From: Candidatus Undinarchaeota archaeon
GTDB lineage: Archaea > SpSt-1190 > JASMDC01
DNA: 64,000 nucleotides
Assembly (NCBI GenBank): GCA_964519305.1
Contig: CAZFHY010000009.1
Location: 75,130-139,129 of the forward strand
Reading direction: 5' to 3'
Of the stretch, positions 16,797 to 26,618 are shown one piece after another. Every line of letters starts with the position of its first letter. Position 1 is the stretch's first letter. The position numbers and the translations under genes were made by a program. The notes below the pieces were generated by a model. It was not told the DNA's origin and made no database searches. It saw only the letters and a list, made by a program, of their open reading frames with translations.

Positions 16797-17050
16797 TCCG
16801 GCCCTGCACGTCCAAGGGAGGTTTCGTGCTCGAGTTCCCTAAAGGTCGGCGCCTGGGCATGGGCGATGTGAGCGACCTCCTCGCCCCTGTAGATGACGCA
16901 AAGGTGCTGTCAACGACGCCGGTCGTTGTGATGGCCGAGGTCAGTGGTGTACGCGTGAGCGTCCACCCGCGAAAGCTCCTTGTGCTGACACGCGAGAAGG
17001 ATACTGCCCAAGAGGTCGCGGAGCGTGTGTACGATGCGCTTTTCCCATGA
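16787..17050 (+). CDS. Small hypothetical protein coupled to thiI
   Basis: Overlaps the thiI stop; RPC motif; pattern resembles the C-terminal domain of the adjacent ThiF protein. Confidence 0.65.
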   Translation: MRVIRPCTSKGGFVLEFPKGRRLGMGDVSDLLAPVDDAKVLSTTPVVVMAEVSGVRVSVHPRKLLVLTREKDTAQEVAERVYDALFP

Positions 17051-17063
17051 GGGGCGACTTGAA

Positions 17064-18371
17064 CTATAACAGACCTGGCAGCCCGGTCACCAGCATCACG
17101 ACACCGATGAACAGGAAGAAGATGGTGGCGGCGATCTTGGTCCCTGCCACATGCTTCTTGAACAGGTCCTGCATGCTCTTTGACGTGGTCTCAAGGTAGG
17201 CGGCAACGAACACGATGACGAGCGGGGAGATGAACAGCAAGTTGTACAGGATCAGGTAGAACATGGCCTGTGAGCGCAGTTCGGGCACTCCGAGGATATA
17301 CACGATGGTCGGGAGATAGACCTGCCCCGTGCAGAGGAACTCGAAGAACGTGATGCCGAAGCCAACAAAGAAGGCGAAGGCCGCAAGGTACTCGGAGCGC
17401 GCTGCCGTCCGGACGATCGTATGGGTGGCCTTCTTGGCCCACTTGGGCATCTGAAGCGTCATCTCGTTCGGGTCACCGTCCCGGGCCCGGCAATAGTCGC
17501 GATAAGACAGGGCAGCGAACACGAGCGCTATGAATCCGGTGGCGGGATAGATAAGGGCCGACACAAGTGAGAAGCGCTCGACATAGACGAGCATACGCCT
17601 GAACCAGAGCCCCAGGAGAAGGTTGGCAGAGAAGACGCCAGCCGAGTAGAGGATTCCAATGAAGAGCACCTCCTTACCCTTCCGCTGGATGTAGGCAAGA
17701 TAGGATATGAAGAAGATGAGACCGGCGATAGCACAGGGATTGATGCTGTCGACAAGACCGGCTATGATCACAGCGGACGCAGAGAAGCTCGTGAAACGGT
17801 CGATGATTGAGTTACGTCCGGCCTCGACGCCTCCCGTATGGAAGACTTCGCACGAGCACGGGATCCCCTCTTCCGGTGCGGTGGATATGCTCTTCTCGAG
17901 CCCAGCGCGGACCTCCTCCTCACCTATGAAGTGGGTCTGGCCGACATAGAGGGCCGGGACGAAGGCACGTTTTTCCGGTGGGACGCCGAACTGTGCGTCC
18001 ATCGCCTCTTTGATCTCGGCGTTCTCAGGGAATAGGATGTTCATCTTATGGACATAGAGCCGAGGATGTCGGACCGCGAGCTCATCGAGGTAGGTCGACA
18101 CTCGTGCGCAAGAGCCACAGGTCGGAGAGTAGAAGTAGGCAACGCAAATGCCATTCGGTGGGCAGTCCATAGGCTCGTCGGCCACCAGCTCCTGTACAGT
18201 GGGAGTGGTGTCGGTCCCGCATGATTCGGCTACGATGGAGCATGCCTCGCCCTCAGCAGGCTCGGAAGTGCTCGTGCCAATATCTGAGGATGAGGCGATT
18301 GCCTCAAGACCCTGAGCGGCAGCTGCCGCGGGGACTAATATGAGAAGGAGCGCGATGATGAGCGCTCGCAC
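17064..18371 (-). CDS. Thioredoxin-fold + CcdA/DsbD-like transmembrane electron transporter fusion
   Basis: Signal peptide, YFYSPTCGSC, then GLVDSINPCA and FEFLCTGQVY in a multi-TM domain; GTG start inferred. Confidence 0.85.
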   Translation of the reverse strand: MRALIIALLLILVPAAAAAQGLEAIASSSDIGTSTSEPAEGEACSIVAESCGTDTTPTVQELVADEPMDCPPNGICVAYFYSPTCGSCARVSTYLDELAVRHPRLYVHKMNILFPENAEIKEAMDAQFGVPPEKRAFVPALYVGQTHFIGEEEVRAGLEKSISTAPEEGIPCSCEVFHTGGVEAGRNSIIDRFTSFSASAVIIAGLVDSINPCAIAGLIFFISYLAYIQRKGKEVLFIGILYSAGVFSANLLLGLWFRRMLVYVERFSLVSALIYPATGFIALVFAALSYRDYCRARDGDPNEMTLQMPKWAKKATHTIVRTAARSEYLAAFAFFVGFGITFFEFLCTGQVYLPTIVYILGVPELRSQAMFYLILYNLLFISPLVIVFVAAYLETTSKSMQDLFKKHVAGTKIAATIFFLFIGVVMLVTGLPGLL

Positions 18372-18378
18372 GACAGCG

Positions 18379-18915
18379 TCAGCAGCCCGCAATGCCCTCA
18401 CCGATCCCGCACACGATCCTGCGAAGCTCGTCGTAGGCAGTGAACCCGACCTTGACACGATCGCAGGCGAACACCAGAGTGGGTGTCGCCCGTATACTGT
18501 AGCCTCGGCTCATCCTCATGGCCTCGTCGAACGCTGTCTGTCCCACCTCGTCGACACACTTAGCACCGTCGTCATCCTTGAAGGCGATGCATTGCTTGTT
18601 GAGGTCGAATCCGTCACCGAGCTCCTCCTTCAGGCGCTCGAGGCCCGGTTTCGTCTTCACGCAAGCACCACACGATGGCGCATAGAAGTAGTCCAGGCGT
18701 ATCTTTCCCGGCTCAAGGCACTCGTCGATCCGGTCGAGGACCCGGAGCCCGAATCCATCCACAACGGGAGCACTGCCGCCACCAGGGCCCATAAGGAACA
18801 CACCTCCGACGACGACCGTCATGAACAGGCCGACCAGGAGGAGAGTGCGCGCGACAGGGATTTCGATATCCGTGTCCTTTCCCTTGTTCCGTTTCTTATG
18901 GGTCACTCTCCCCAT
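18379..18915 (-). CDS. Membrane-anchored thioredoxin-family protein
   Basis: TM helix, DYFYAPSCGAC, ATPTLVF cis-Pro loop; GGAGG RBS. Confidence 0.85.
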   Translation of the reverse strand: MGRVTHKKRNKGKDTDIEIPVARTLLLVGLFMTVVVGGVFLMGPGGGSAPVVDGFGLRVLDRIDECLEPGKIRLDYFYAPSCGACVKTKPGLERLKEELGDGFDLNKQCIAFKDDDGAKCVDEVGQTAFDEAMRMSRGYSIRATPTLVFACDRVKVGFTAYDELRRIVCGIGEGIAGC

Positions 18916-18940
18916 GGTCGTTGCCTCCAGTACGACTACT

Positions 18941-20818
18941 CTATGCAGCCTTGGCCAGCTCTTTATCGATGATGTCCTTGAAGACCGCGAACGGCTGGGC
19001 ACCGCTGATCGAGAATCCGTTCACGAAGAACGCCGGGGTTCCGGACACGCCGTACTCCTGACCATCATCCAGGTCCTTCTGGACCTCGTTGGCGTACTTG
19101 CCGCTGTCAAGGCACGTCTTGAACGCATCCATGTCGAGGCCGATGTCCTTGGCGAACTGCTCGAGCCCTGCTGCGTTTATGCCTGCTTGGTTCTCATAGA
19201 GGGCGTCATGGTACTCCCAGAACTTGCCCTGCTCCTCCGCACAGTGACTGGCCTCTGAGGCCTTCCGGGCGAAGGGGTGGAGCTGGTCGAGCGGGAAGTC
19301 GCGGTAGACGAAGCGCACCTTGTCACCGTACTCCTCGAGTATCTGCTTGATCGTGGGCTCGGCGCGCGAGCAGAAGGGGCACTGGTAATCTGAGAACTCG
19401 ATGATGGTCACCGGTGCGTCCTCAGGACCCAGGGCCGGATCGTCGTCCACGCCCGGCGGCTGCAGGTACTTGCCGGCACCGACCGCACCGGGGCTGACTA
19501 GATATTGATCGCCCTTCTGGATCAGCACTTGGGCGACCTTATCGTAGTTACCCGCCTGTAGCACGCTCGAATCGAATATGTACGCAGGTACTGCCTTGAT
19601 ATCCAGGTCCTCTATCATCTTCTTCCCCTCTGCAGAGGAGATATCTACATTGGTGACCTGGACCGTGGGGAACAGTTGCGTGCGGAAGATACCGATGAGC
19701 TCGGAAGGATCACAGGCATCACAGGCCTCGTCGTTCAGGACCGTGAGCTTCACGACCGGATCGTTGTCGCTGGGCCGCTCGCCGGTGAGTATCAACTCGA
19801 TGACCTCCTCGAAGGCCGGGTAGGGCTGTGCTCCGGAGATTGTCTCCTCCATGAGTCGTCCGTTCGCGTCCGTCCCCTGGATAATGAAGCCCGGCGTACC
19901 GGTGATGCCCTTGGCCTGACCTTCGGCCATGTCGTCCTTGACCTTCTGTGCCTTCTCATCCGAGTCCAGACAGTTATCGAAGGTCGCTGTGTCGAGGCCC
20001 AGGTTCTTAGCGTACCCCTTGAGTGAGGGGACAGTTAGAGCGTTCTGGTTTTCGAAGAGCATGTCATGGTACTCCCAGAACTTGCCCTGGTCACGAGCAC
20101 ATTCCGATGCTTCTGCGGCCTTCTGAGCGTTCTCGTGGAAGCCCAGCGGGAAGTGCTTGAAGATTATATTGACCTTATCCCCGTAGGTGGCCTTGATCTG
20201 TTCCATAATAGGAACGGCCCTCGAACAGAACGGGCACTGGAAGTCGCTGTACTCCAGGATCGTGATCTCTGCATCCGTCGCCCCTCCGCTTGGGCGTTGA
20301 GTGGCTGTAGGGGCCTTCGTCGGGGCCGCCGTGGGCGCTGCTGTCGGTTTAGCTGTCACCTTCGGGGTGCTATCCGTACCGGTCTCCTTCTGGATGATCG
20401 TGTCGACCGCTGCTCCTTGGACGCCCATGAGCTCTAGACTGGCCTTGACGTCCGCTGCCGCAACACCACGTGCGAGCTGGTACTGCACGAAGGCCTCGAC
20501 GTTCTTTGCAGGGATCCCTGCAGAGGTTTGAGTTGTGCCGGTGGCACCGATCCGTATGCTGCCCATGGACAGTCCCACCGCAGCGATCACCATCACGGCG
20601 GCCAGCACCATCGCAGCGACCATCCAGGCGTTCGTTCCGTTCTCTGCGTTATCCAAGCGCTCCTCGACCTCATCGAGTTCATCCGCTAGTTCTGTGAACC
20701 GACGGTTCATCTCGACGATACCGTCGTCCACTTCATCGAGACGCTCTTTGACGAGCTTGAGGGATACTCCTGATGTTCTCGCTTTCACCGGCCTTGCAGC
20801 CTTCTTCTTCTCTACCAT
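18941..20818 (-). CDS. Multi-domain DsbA/DsbG-family oxidoreductase (two CPFC domains plus a central CxxC domain)
   Basis: EYSDFQCPFC and EFSDYQCPFC, two GTP.F...ISGAQP motifs, central CDAC; N-terminal coiled coil, TM helix and Thr/Pro linker. Confidence 0.92.
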   Translation of the reverse strand: MVEKKKAARPVKARTSGVSLKLVKERLDEVDDGIVEMNRRFTELADELDEVEERLDNAENGTNAWMVAAMVLAAVMVIAAVGLSMGSIRIGATGTTQTSAGIPAKNVEAFVQYQLARGVAAADVKASLELMGVQGAAVDTIIQKETGTDSTPKVTAKPTAAPTAAPTKAPTATQRPSGGATDAEITILEYSDFQCPFCSRAVPIMEQIKATYGDKVNIIFKHFPLGFHENAQKAAEASECARDQGKFWEYHDMLFENQNALTVPSLKGYAKNLGLDTATFDNCLDSDEKAQKVKDDMAEGQAKGITGTPGFIIQGTDANGRLMEETISGAQPYPAFEEVIELILTGERPSDNDPVVKLTVLNDEACDACDPSELIGIFRTQLFPTVQVTNVDISSAEGKKMIEDLDIKAVPAYIFDSSVLQAGNYDKVAQVLIQKGDQYLVSPGAVGAGKYLQPPGVDDDPALGPEDAPVTIIEFSDYQCPFCSRAEPTIKQILEEYGDKVRFVYRDFPLDQLHPFARKASEASHCAEEQGKFWEYHDALYENQAGINAAGLEQFAKDIGLDMDAFKTCLDSGKYANEVQKDLDDGQEYGVSGTPAFFVNGFSISGAQPFAVFKDIIDKELAKAA

Positions 20819-20897
20819 TGATCATTCACCTTGTAACCGGGGCAACTCACGGAGCCCTTCCACCAATAGAATATGAAACCCTTTATAATTGGGGTGG

Positions 20898-20911
20898 TGA
20901 AACCAGTTTCA
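20898..20911. promoter_or_regulatory. Palindromic operator TGAAAC-CA-GTTTCA (copy 1)
   Basis: Lies in the divergent DsbA/regulator promoter next to TTTATAAT; identical copy at 21569. Confidence 0.7.
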
Positions 20912-20981
20912 AACGGACCAATTCGAAGCGTTTAATCAAATCCGAAAGATGGTTAAACCCCTCGTGTCCTAGCGTGGAACG

Positions 20982-21548
20982 ATGGACATCGGACGGCTTC
21001 TGTTCCGCCTTGGCGTCATCCTCCTCATAGTATCGTCCATCAACATCGTCCTTCTCAAGAACTTCACCGACATGGTACTCGAGAGCCGGAAGGAGGCGTG
21101 CGCGCTGGCCTGCGCAGCTGGGACCTGCCCGTTTGAAGAGACGGGAGATACCACACTCTCCCCTGCAGGCATCTCCCGACGCATACTCGCTTGCCAGCAT
21201 CCCGACCATGATCTGCGCACCCCTATAGAAACATACGTCGGTATCGCCATCGCGTGCATCACCGCCCTCGTTGGTGTCATGATGATCATGACGTCCCGCC
21301 AGCTGGGTACCGAGAGCATTGACGTGCGTAAGAAGATGGAACATGTCCTCGAAACACTCAAGGGCGAGGAGCGGGAAGTATATCGGTTCGTCACCGATGC
21401 CGACGGCTCGATCATGCAGAGCGACATCGTCGATAAGAGCAGTCTCTCAAAGGTGAAGGTGACCCGCATCCTCGACAAGCTCGAGGGCAAGGGTCTCGTA
21501 GAACGGCGCAGGCGGGGCATGGGGAACATCGTCGTGCTCAAGCACTGA
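20982..21548 (+). CDS. Membrane-anchored winged-HTH regulator (2 TM, Cys-rich loop; COG2512-like)
   Basis: TM-CALACAAGTCP..CQH-TM, then L...E..VY......G.I.QSDIV....LSKVKVTRILDKLE.KGLVERRRRGM.N. Confidence 0.85.
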   Translation: MDIGRLLFRLGVILLIVSSINIVLLKNFTDMVLESRKEACALACAAGTCPFEETGDTTLSPAGISRRILACQHPDHDLRTPIETYVGIAIACITALVGVMMIMTSRQLGTESIDVRKKMEHVLETLKGEEREVYRFVTDADGSIMQSDIVDKSSLSKVKVTRILDKLEGKGLVERRRRGMGNIVVLKH

Positions 21549-21568
21549 ACTGCCCTTCTTGCCCTTTT

Positions 21569-21582
21569 TGAAACCAGTTTCA
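21569..21582. promoter_or_regulatory. Palindromic operator TGAAAC-CA-GTTTCA (copy 2)
   Basis: Just upstream of the TTCTTAAG TATA-like element of the ABC operon. Confidence 0.7.
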
Positions 21583-21629
21583 CGCCCGAGTTCTTAAGGT
21601 GTTTCAGGTCAATCTATCCTTGAACGGAC

Positions 21630-22793
21630 ATGGACATACTCGGAATCGCACTCCGGAACCTCACCCGTAGACGACTGCGCACGGTGCTGCTCATCCTGGG
21701 CATCGCCGTCAGCTGTGCATCAGTGATAACCATGATCTCTATCACCTCTTCCATGGAGAAGAAAGTGAACCGTGAGCTTGAGACCTTCGGTGCCAACATT
21801 GTCGTGGTCCCCACAAGCCGCACCTTGGACCTGAGGTTCGGTGACCTGGACGTGGGTGGATTGTCATTTGGCGAACGTGATATCGACGCGACGGAGTTCG
21901 CTAACATATGGAATATAGAGGACAGCGGCAGCCTCGCACATGTGGCCCCTAAGGTGTACGGTGCTGTCACTTGGTCCAACGGCGGTGAGGGTGCGGTCAC
22001 TCTCGCAGGTATCGATATTGAGCAAGAGCCCCAAGTGAAGCGATGGTGGCAGGTCGACGGTCGATATCCGGCGTCAGAGAACGAGGTGCTCCTGGGTGCC
22101 GACGTCGCCGCGGCCAGCGGTGCTGCCATTGGTGATACCGTAGAGCTGGACGGGCGGGAGTTCGTGATAATAGGTGTGCTCCAGCCCACAGGTTCGGTGG
22201 ACGACGCGATGGTATACATCGAGCTGAGCACTGCGCAGACGATGCTTGGTAAAGAGGGCCGATACTCCATGGTGGACATCCGCGCGTGGTGCCACCTGTG
22301 TCCCGTGGAGGAGATGGTACGACAGATCATGGAGGCCGTACCCGGGGTTCGGGCCACACCGGTCAAGCAGGTGGCCATGGCCGAGATGGCTGTTCTGGAT
22401 AGCGTCCGTCGGTTCTCCACCTACATATCGGCAATCATCATCCTCCTCAGCATGCTCGGCCTCGGAGGGCTCATCCTCTCATCGGTCTCCGAGCGCACAC
22501 GCGAGCTAGGCATCCTCATGGCCCTAGGATTCAAGGAGCTACAGGTGGCCAGGCTCGTCATCACGGAGAACGCGCTCATAGGTGTCATTGGCGGTGCATC
22601 CGGGTTCGTGCTCGGGGCCGCGCTTACCGCCGTCATAGGTCCTGCGATTGCCGGTGACGCGATCGTCGCCACCGGTGTACGGTTCCTCCCCGCATCAATA
22701 GGCCTAGCGCTTGTGGTGACGCTTATGTCGTCCCTCTACCCGGCCCACCGCGCATCCCGGCTCCACCCAGCGGAGGCGCTCAGGTCGTTGTAA
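21630..22793 (+). CDS. ABC transporter permease, MacB/FtsX family, with extracytoplasmic CHLCP motif
   Basis: LRNL.RR.LRT.L..LGI, SV.ERTRELGIL.ALG, SLYPA.RASRL.PAEALR. Confidence 0.92.
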   Translation: MDILGIALRNLTRRRLRTVLLILGIAVSCASVITMISITSSMEKKVNRELETFGANIVVVPTSRTLDLRFGDLDVGGLSFGERDIDATEFANIWNIEDSGSLAHVAPKVYGAVTWSNGGEGAVTLAGIDIEQEPQVKRWWQVDGRYPASENEVLLGADVAAASGAAIGDTVELDGREFVIIGVLQPTGSVDDAMVYIELSTAQTMLGKEGRYSMVDIRAWCHLCPVEEMVRQIMEAVPGVRATPVKQVAMAEMAVLDSVRRFSTYISAIIILLSMLGLGGLILSSVSERTRELGILMALGFKELQVARLVITENALIGVIGGASGFVLGAALTAVIGPAIAGDAIVATGVRFLPASIGLALVVTLMSSLYPAHRASRLHPAEALRSL

Positions 22794-22816
22794 GATATCA
22801 TGGAATGGTGATAAGA

Positions 22817-23482
22817 ATGGCTTTTATTGAACTGGACGGTGTTCACAAGGAGTTCACGACCGGTGTGACGGTTGTAGCGCTACAGGATATAGAGTTCTCG
22901 GTGAAGGCGGGCGAGTTCGTCGCCATCATGGGCCCCAGCGGTAGTGGAAAGAGCACCATGCTCAACATCGTGGGAGGTCTCGACCGTCCCGATAGAGGTC
23001 GCGTCAAGGTGGATGATATGGATATCTACGACCTTCCAGGGACCAAGGTCGCCGACTACCGACGGGAGTACGTGGGTTTCATCTTCCAGCAGTTCCATCT
23101 TGTACCTACGCTCACCGCAGCAGAGAACGTGGCCGTCCCTCTGATGCTCGCGGGCCTGTCCTCAACCGAGCAGACTGTCCGGGCCGAGCGTGCGCTTACC
23201 TGGGTCGGTCTCAAGGACAAGGGTGACCGACTCCCCAACCAGCTCTCCGGCGGCGAACAGCAGCGTGTGGCCATCGCCCGGGCAACGGTGAACGAACCGG
23301 CTATCGTGCTGGCCGACGAGCCCACGGGGAACCTCGATTCCGCCACTGGTACCGAGATCATGGATATCCTATCCGAACTGAACGAGCGGGGCACCACAGT
23401 CCTGCTAGTCACCCACGACAAACAACTCGCCGAGATGGCAGACAGGATCATCACCATCAAGGACGGTGTCTCTCATGAGTAG
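22817..23482 (+). CDS. ABC transporter ATP-binding protein (LolD/MacB-type)
   Basis: GPSGSGKST, LSGGEQQRVAIARA, LADEPTGNLD, VTHD. Confidence 0.95.
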   Translation: MAFIELDGVHKEFTTGVTVVALQDIEFSVKAGEFVAIMGPSGSGKSTMLNIVGGLDRPDRGRVKVDDMDIYDLPGTKVADYRREYVGFIFQQFHLVPTLTAAENVAVPLMLAGLSSTEQTVRAERALTWVGLKDKGDRLPNQLSGGEQQRVAIARATVNEPAIVLADEPTGNLDSATGTEIMDILSELNERGTTVLLVTHDKQLAEMADRIITIKDGVSHE

Positions 23483-24077
23483 ACGACGATCGAGATCCAG
23501 CGAGGACACCCTCGAACGAAAGCGCCGGCTGGTCACAGGAGAACAGCCACGCAGACCTCGATATTCTAACTGGCTCGCCCCCGGGCTGCTGCTCTTGGTG
23601 GTGCTGGCCGTGGCCAGTGTATCCCTGAGAGGTACCGGGACGGACCCTGTCCAACCGGCATCCAAGGTACCGATCACTCTCAAGACCTCCAGTATTCCGA
23701 CAACCGAGAGCACCTCTCCGGTCGGGACATCGCCCTCATCTGTGCTTGACGGTCCTCCTGCGATCGAGCAGCCCACTGTGAGCGCAACGATGGAACCGGC
23801 CACACCGGTCCCGACAGAACGTACGCCCGAGCCGGTCGCTACTAATCAGAGAGTGCTCATCGCCATCCAAGGCATGACCTGTGGCGGATGTCAGGCAGGT
23901 GTCACCAGGGGCCTCTATGCAACCCCTGGTGTCGAGGAGGCAGACGTGTCCTTCCGGAAGGGACAGGCGGTAGTAGTGTACGACCCCGCGGTCATCTCAC
24001 CGGAGGGGCTCGTTGACGCCATCCATGCCATGGGTTCCAAGTATTCCGCCAGGGTTATGGAAGAGGATCCGGCCTAG
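23475..24077 (+). CDS. Membrane-tethered heavy-metal-associated (HMA) domain protein
   Basis: TM helix, Pro/Thr linker, GMTCGGC. Confidence 0.88.
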   Translation: MSRRRSRSSEDTLERKRRLVTGEQPRRPRYSNWLAPGLLLLVVLAVASVSLRGTGTDPVQPASKVPITLKTSSIPTTESTSPVGTSPSSVLDGPPAIEQPTVSATMEPATPVPTERTPEPVATNQRVLIAIQGMTCGGCQAGVTRGLYATPGVEEADVSFRKGQAVVVYDPAVISPEGLVDAIHAMGSKYSARVMEEDPA

Positions 24078-24628
24078 GCACACGCCGCCAGCCCCGGCTC
24101 GTAACCGCACACGATGCCCTTGAGCTGAGTGTAGGCAGGGATACCCACCTGCATCCGGTGACAGTTGAACACCAGCGTCGGAGTGGCGCGAACGCGGTAC
24201 TCCCTGCCCTTGGCGGTCGCTTCCTGAAAGCCTTCTTCGCCTATCTCTTCGGGGCACAGGACAGCGTCCTCCCCGTGGATTCGGATGCAGCGCTTGGCAA
24301 GGGTGATCGTATCGCCGAACTCAGCCTCAAGTCGGTCGATGGTGGGCTTGGCATTGATACAGGCAGGACAGGTCGGACTGTAGAAGTAGTCCACCTGGAC
24401 CGTACCCGGGACCGTGCAGCCTTCCTGGCCTGCCACGATCTCGAGGCCATGCTCGTCTTTTTCAGGGGCCGGTCCTCCGCCACCACCGGGGCCTGCCATG
24501 AGCAGGAGAGCAGCGAGCACACCACCCATCACGACAGCGAGCACAACCGTGAGGCTCTCACCTCCGCGGGCTGTAGTAGGCCTAGGTGGTTCTGGTACGT
24601 CCTCGATGTCGTCAGGTGGCGTTACCAT
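24074..24628 (-). CDS. Membrane-anchored thioredoxin-family protein, paralog of 18379-18915
   Basis: DYFYSPTCPAC, RATPTLVF, IVCG; start 24628 or 24652. Confidence 0.85.
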   Translation of the reverse strand: MVTPPDDIEDVPEPPRPTTARGGESLTVVLAVVMGGVLAALLLMAGPGGGGGPAPEKDEHGLEIVAGQEGCTVPGTVQVDYFYSPTCPACINAKPTIDRLEAEFGDTITLAKRCIRIHGEDAVLCPEEIGEEGFQEATAKGREYRVRATPTLVFNCHRMQVGIPAYTQLKGIVCGYEPGLAACA

Positions 24629-24690
24629 GGAGCTCACGCCGGTAAAGGACATCTGGCCTTAAAAGTCGATGCCCCACAGGTCACGATCGA

Positions 24691-24894
24691 TTACTCTACC
24701 TCGTACCCGGCCTCGACGATAGCTTTCTTCATCGTCGTATCGTCAACGGCCTCGGGATCGTACTTGACCTTGGCGGCGCCGATCACGACGTCCACATCGT
24801 CCACGCCCTCGAGCTCCGTCAGTGCCCGCCGGACGTGCATCACACAGTGGCTGCAGCTCATGCCACCTATCTTGATCTCTTTCTCTTCCTTCAT
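24691..24894 (-). CDS. copZ: Copper chaperone CopZ-like HMA protein
   Basis: GMSCSHC, AI.EAGY; GAGGTGA RBS. Confidence 0.9.
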   Translation of the reverse strand: MKEEKEIKIGGMSCSHCVMHVRRALTELEGVDDVDVVIGAAKVKYDPEAVDDTTMKKAIVEAGYEVE

Positions 24895-24925
24895 CTATCT
24901 CACCTCTTTCGCTCTCATGTAAGTA

Positions 24926-25681
24926 TCAAATACCTTCGCCCTGGAAGTCACGCTCAATCCGGTCGAGCTCGCTGTGGCTACCGTTATCGGTCCTGCACAC
25001 GGCTTTAGCGACGGGCGGCTCACTGTTCCCGTTCTTGGATAGGGTGTGCTCCATTGCTTGGAAGCGGCTCTCAAGGATACCTATCTCGTGACAGAGCACT
25101 TTCACGGCGTCCGCGATAGGATCGGGGAGGTTCCCGTGGTCCAGGTCACTGGCGCGCTTCGGACCATTGCTCACGATACGCCCCGGGACGCCTACGACCG
25201 TGCTCCCGGGAGGTACGTCCTTGATGACCACCGAACCCGCGCCGATGCGGGCATCGTCACCCACGGTAATGGCGCCGAGCACGGTCGCACCAGTACCGAT
25301 CACCACATGGTTGCCGATCGTGGGATGGCGTTTCTTTTTCTGAAGGCTCGTTCCACCGAGGACCGCACCCTTGTACATGAGCACGTCATCGCCGATCTCC
25401 GAGGTCTCTCCGATAACGACGCCCATCCCATGGTCGATGAAGAAACGGCGGCCGATGGTGGCCCCGGGATGTATCTCGATGCCCGTCAGGAACCTCCCGA
25501 TATGGGAGATGAACCGGGGGAGCACCACCCAGCCCCGCGTCCACAACACATGGACGAATCGGTGGATCCAGAGCGCGTGAAGACCAGGATAGCATGTGAC
25601 TACCTCCAACATGTTCCTTGCCGCAGGGTCCTCCCTGATGACGGTGTCCACGTCCTCGCGCAGGGTCTGGATGATGCTCAT
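24926..25681 (-). CDS. cysE: Serine O-acetyltransferase
   Basis: [46 protein letters not shown]. Confidence 0.96.
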   Translation of the reverse strand: MSIIQTLREDVDTVIREDPAARNMLEVVTCYPGLHALWIHRFVHVLWTRGWVVLPRFISHIGRFLTGIEIHPGATIGRRFFIDHGMGVVIGETSEIGDDVLMYKGAVLGGTSLQKKKRHPTIGNHVVIGTGATVLGAITVGDDARIGAGSVVIKDVPPGSTVVGVPGRIVSNGPKRASDLDHGNLPDPIADAVKVLCHEIGILESRFQAMEHTLSKNGNSEPPVAKAVCRTDNGSHSELDRIERDFQGEGI

Positions 25682-25685
25682 TTCC

Positions 25686-26618
25686 CTACACCTCGATGTT
25701 CTCGAAGAGCCAGCCTGAAAGGTATCTCTCTCCCGTGTCTGGAAGTACGACCACGATGAGCTTGTCCTTGCTGGATGGTCGCTTCGCGACCTCCAGAGCA
25801 GCGGCCATGGCGGCCCCCGATGAGATCCCGACGAGCATCCCCTCCTTCTTCGCGAGCGCTTGGGCGGTGGCCCGTGCGTCCTCGTCGGCCACCTTGACTA
25901 CCTCGTCGATTATGTCCGTATTGAGCACCCTGGGCACGAAACCGGCCCCGATACCCTGGATCTTGTGAGGACCAGGACTACCTCCTGACAGAATGGGGGA
26001 TGCCTCCGGCTCTACAGCGATCGCCTGGAAGGATGGCTTCCGGGCCTTGATGGCCTCTGCGATACCTGTGATGGTACCGCCTGTACCAACGCCGGAAATG
26101 AGGATGTCCACCTCACCATCGGTGTCCCGCCATATCTCCTCGGCCGTCGTCCTGCGGTGGATGTCCGGATTAGCCGGGTTCTCGAACTGCTGCGGCATGA
26201 ACGACCCGGGAGTCTCTTTCACGAGCTCCTCGGCCTTTTCCACGGCACCCTTCATCCCACCTGATCCGGGCGTGAGCACGAGTTCGGCACCGAGTATCTT
26301 GAGGATCTTACGCCGCTCCATGCTCATAGTGTCCGGCATGGTTAGCACGAGCTTGTAGCCACGTGCCGCCGCCACGAACGCCAGCGCGATACCAGTGTTC
26401 CCGGAGGTAGGTTCGATGAGGGTCGTCCCCTCCTTGATGAGCCCTAGAGTCTCGGCCTTATCGATCATCGCTGAACCGATGCGGTCCTTGACACTGAATA
26501 GGGGATTTCTCGATTCTACCTTCGCGACCACTTTTCCTGGAAGTCCTTCTGCAAGTCGGTTGATACGCACGAGCGGCGTTCCACCGACCAGTCTCGTCAT
26601 GTCCTTTGCGATATTCAT
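25686..26618 (-). CDS. cysK: Cysteine synthase A
   Basis: [52 protein letters not shown]. Confidence 0.97.
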   Translation of the reverse strand: MNIAKDMTRLVGGTPLVRINRLAEGLPGKVVAKVESRNPLFSVKDRIGSAMIDKAETLGLIKEGTTLIEPTSGNTGIALAFVAAARGYKLVLTMPDTMSMERRKILKILGAELVLTPGSGGMKGAVEKAEELVKETPGSFMPQQFENPANPDIHRRTTAEEIWRDTDGEVDILISGVGTGGTITGIAEAIKARKPSFQAIAVEPEASPILSGGSPGPHKIQGIGAGFVPRVLNTDIIDEVVKVADEDARATAQALAKKEGMLVGISSGAAMAAALEVAKRPSSKDKLIVVVLPDTGERYLSGWLFENIEV

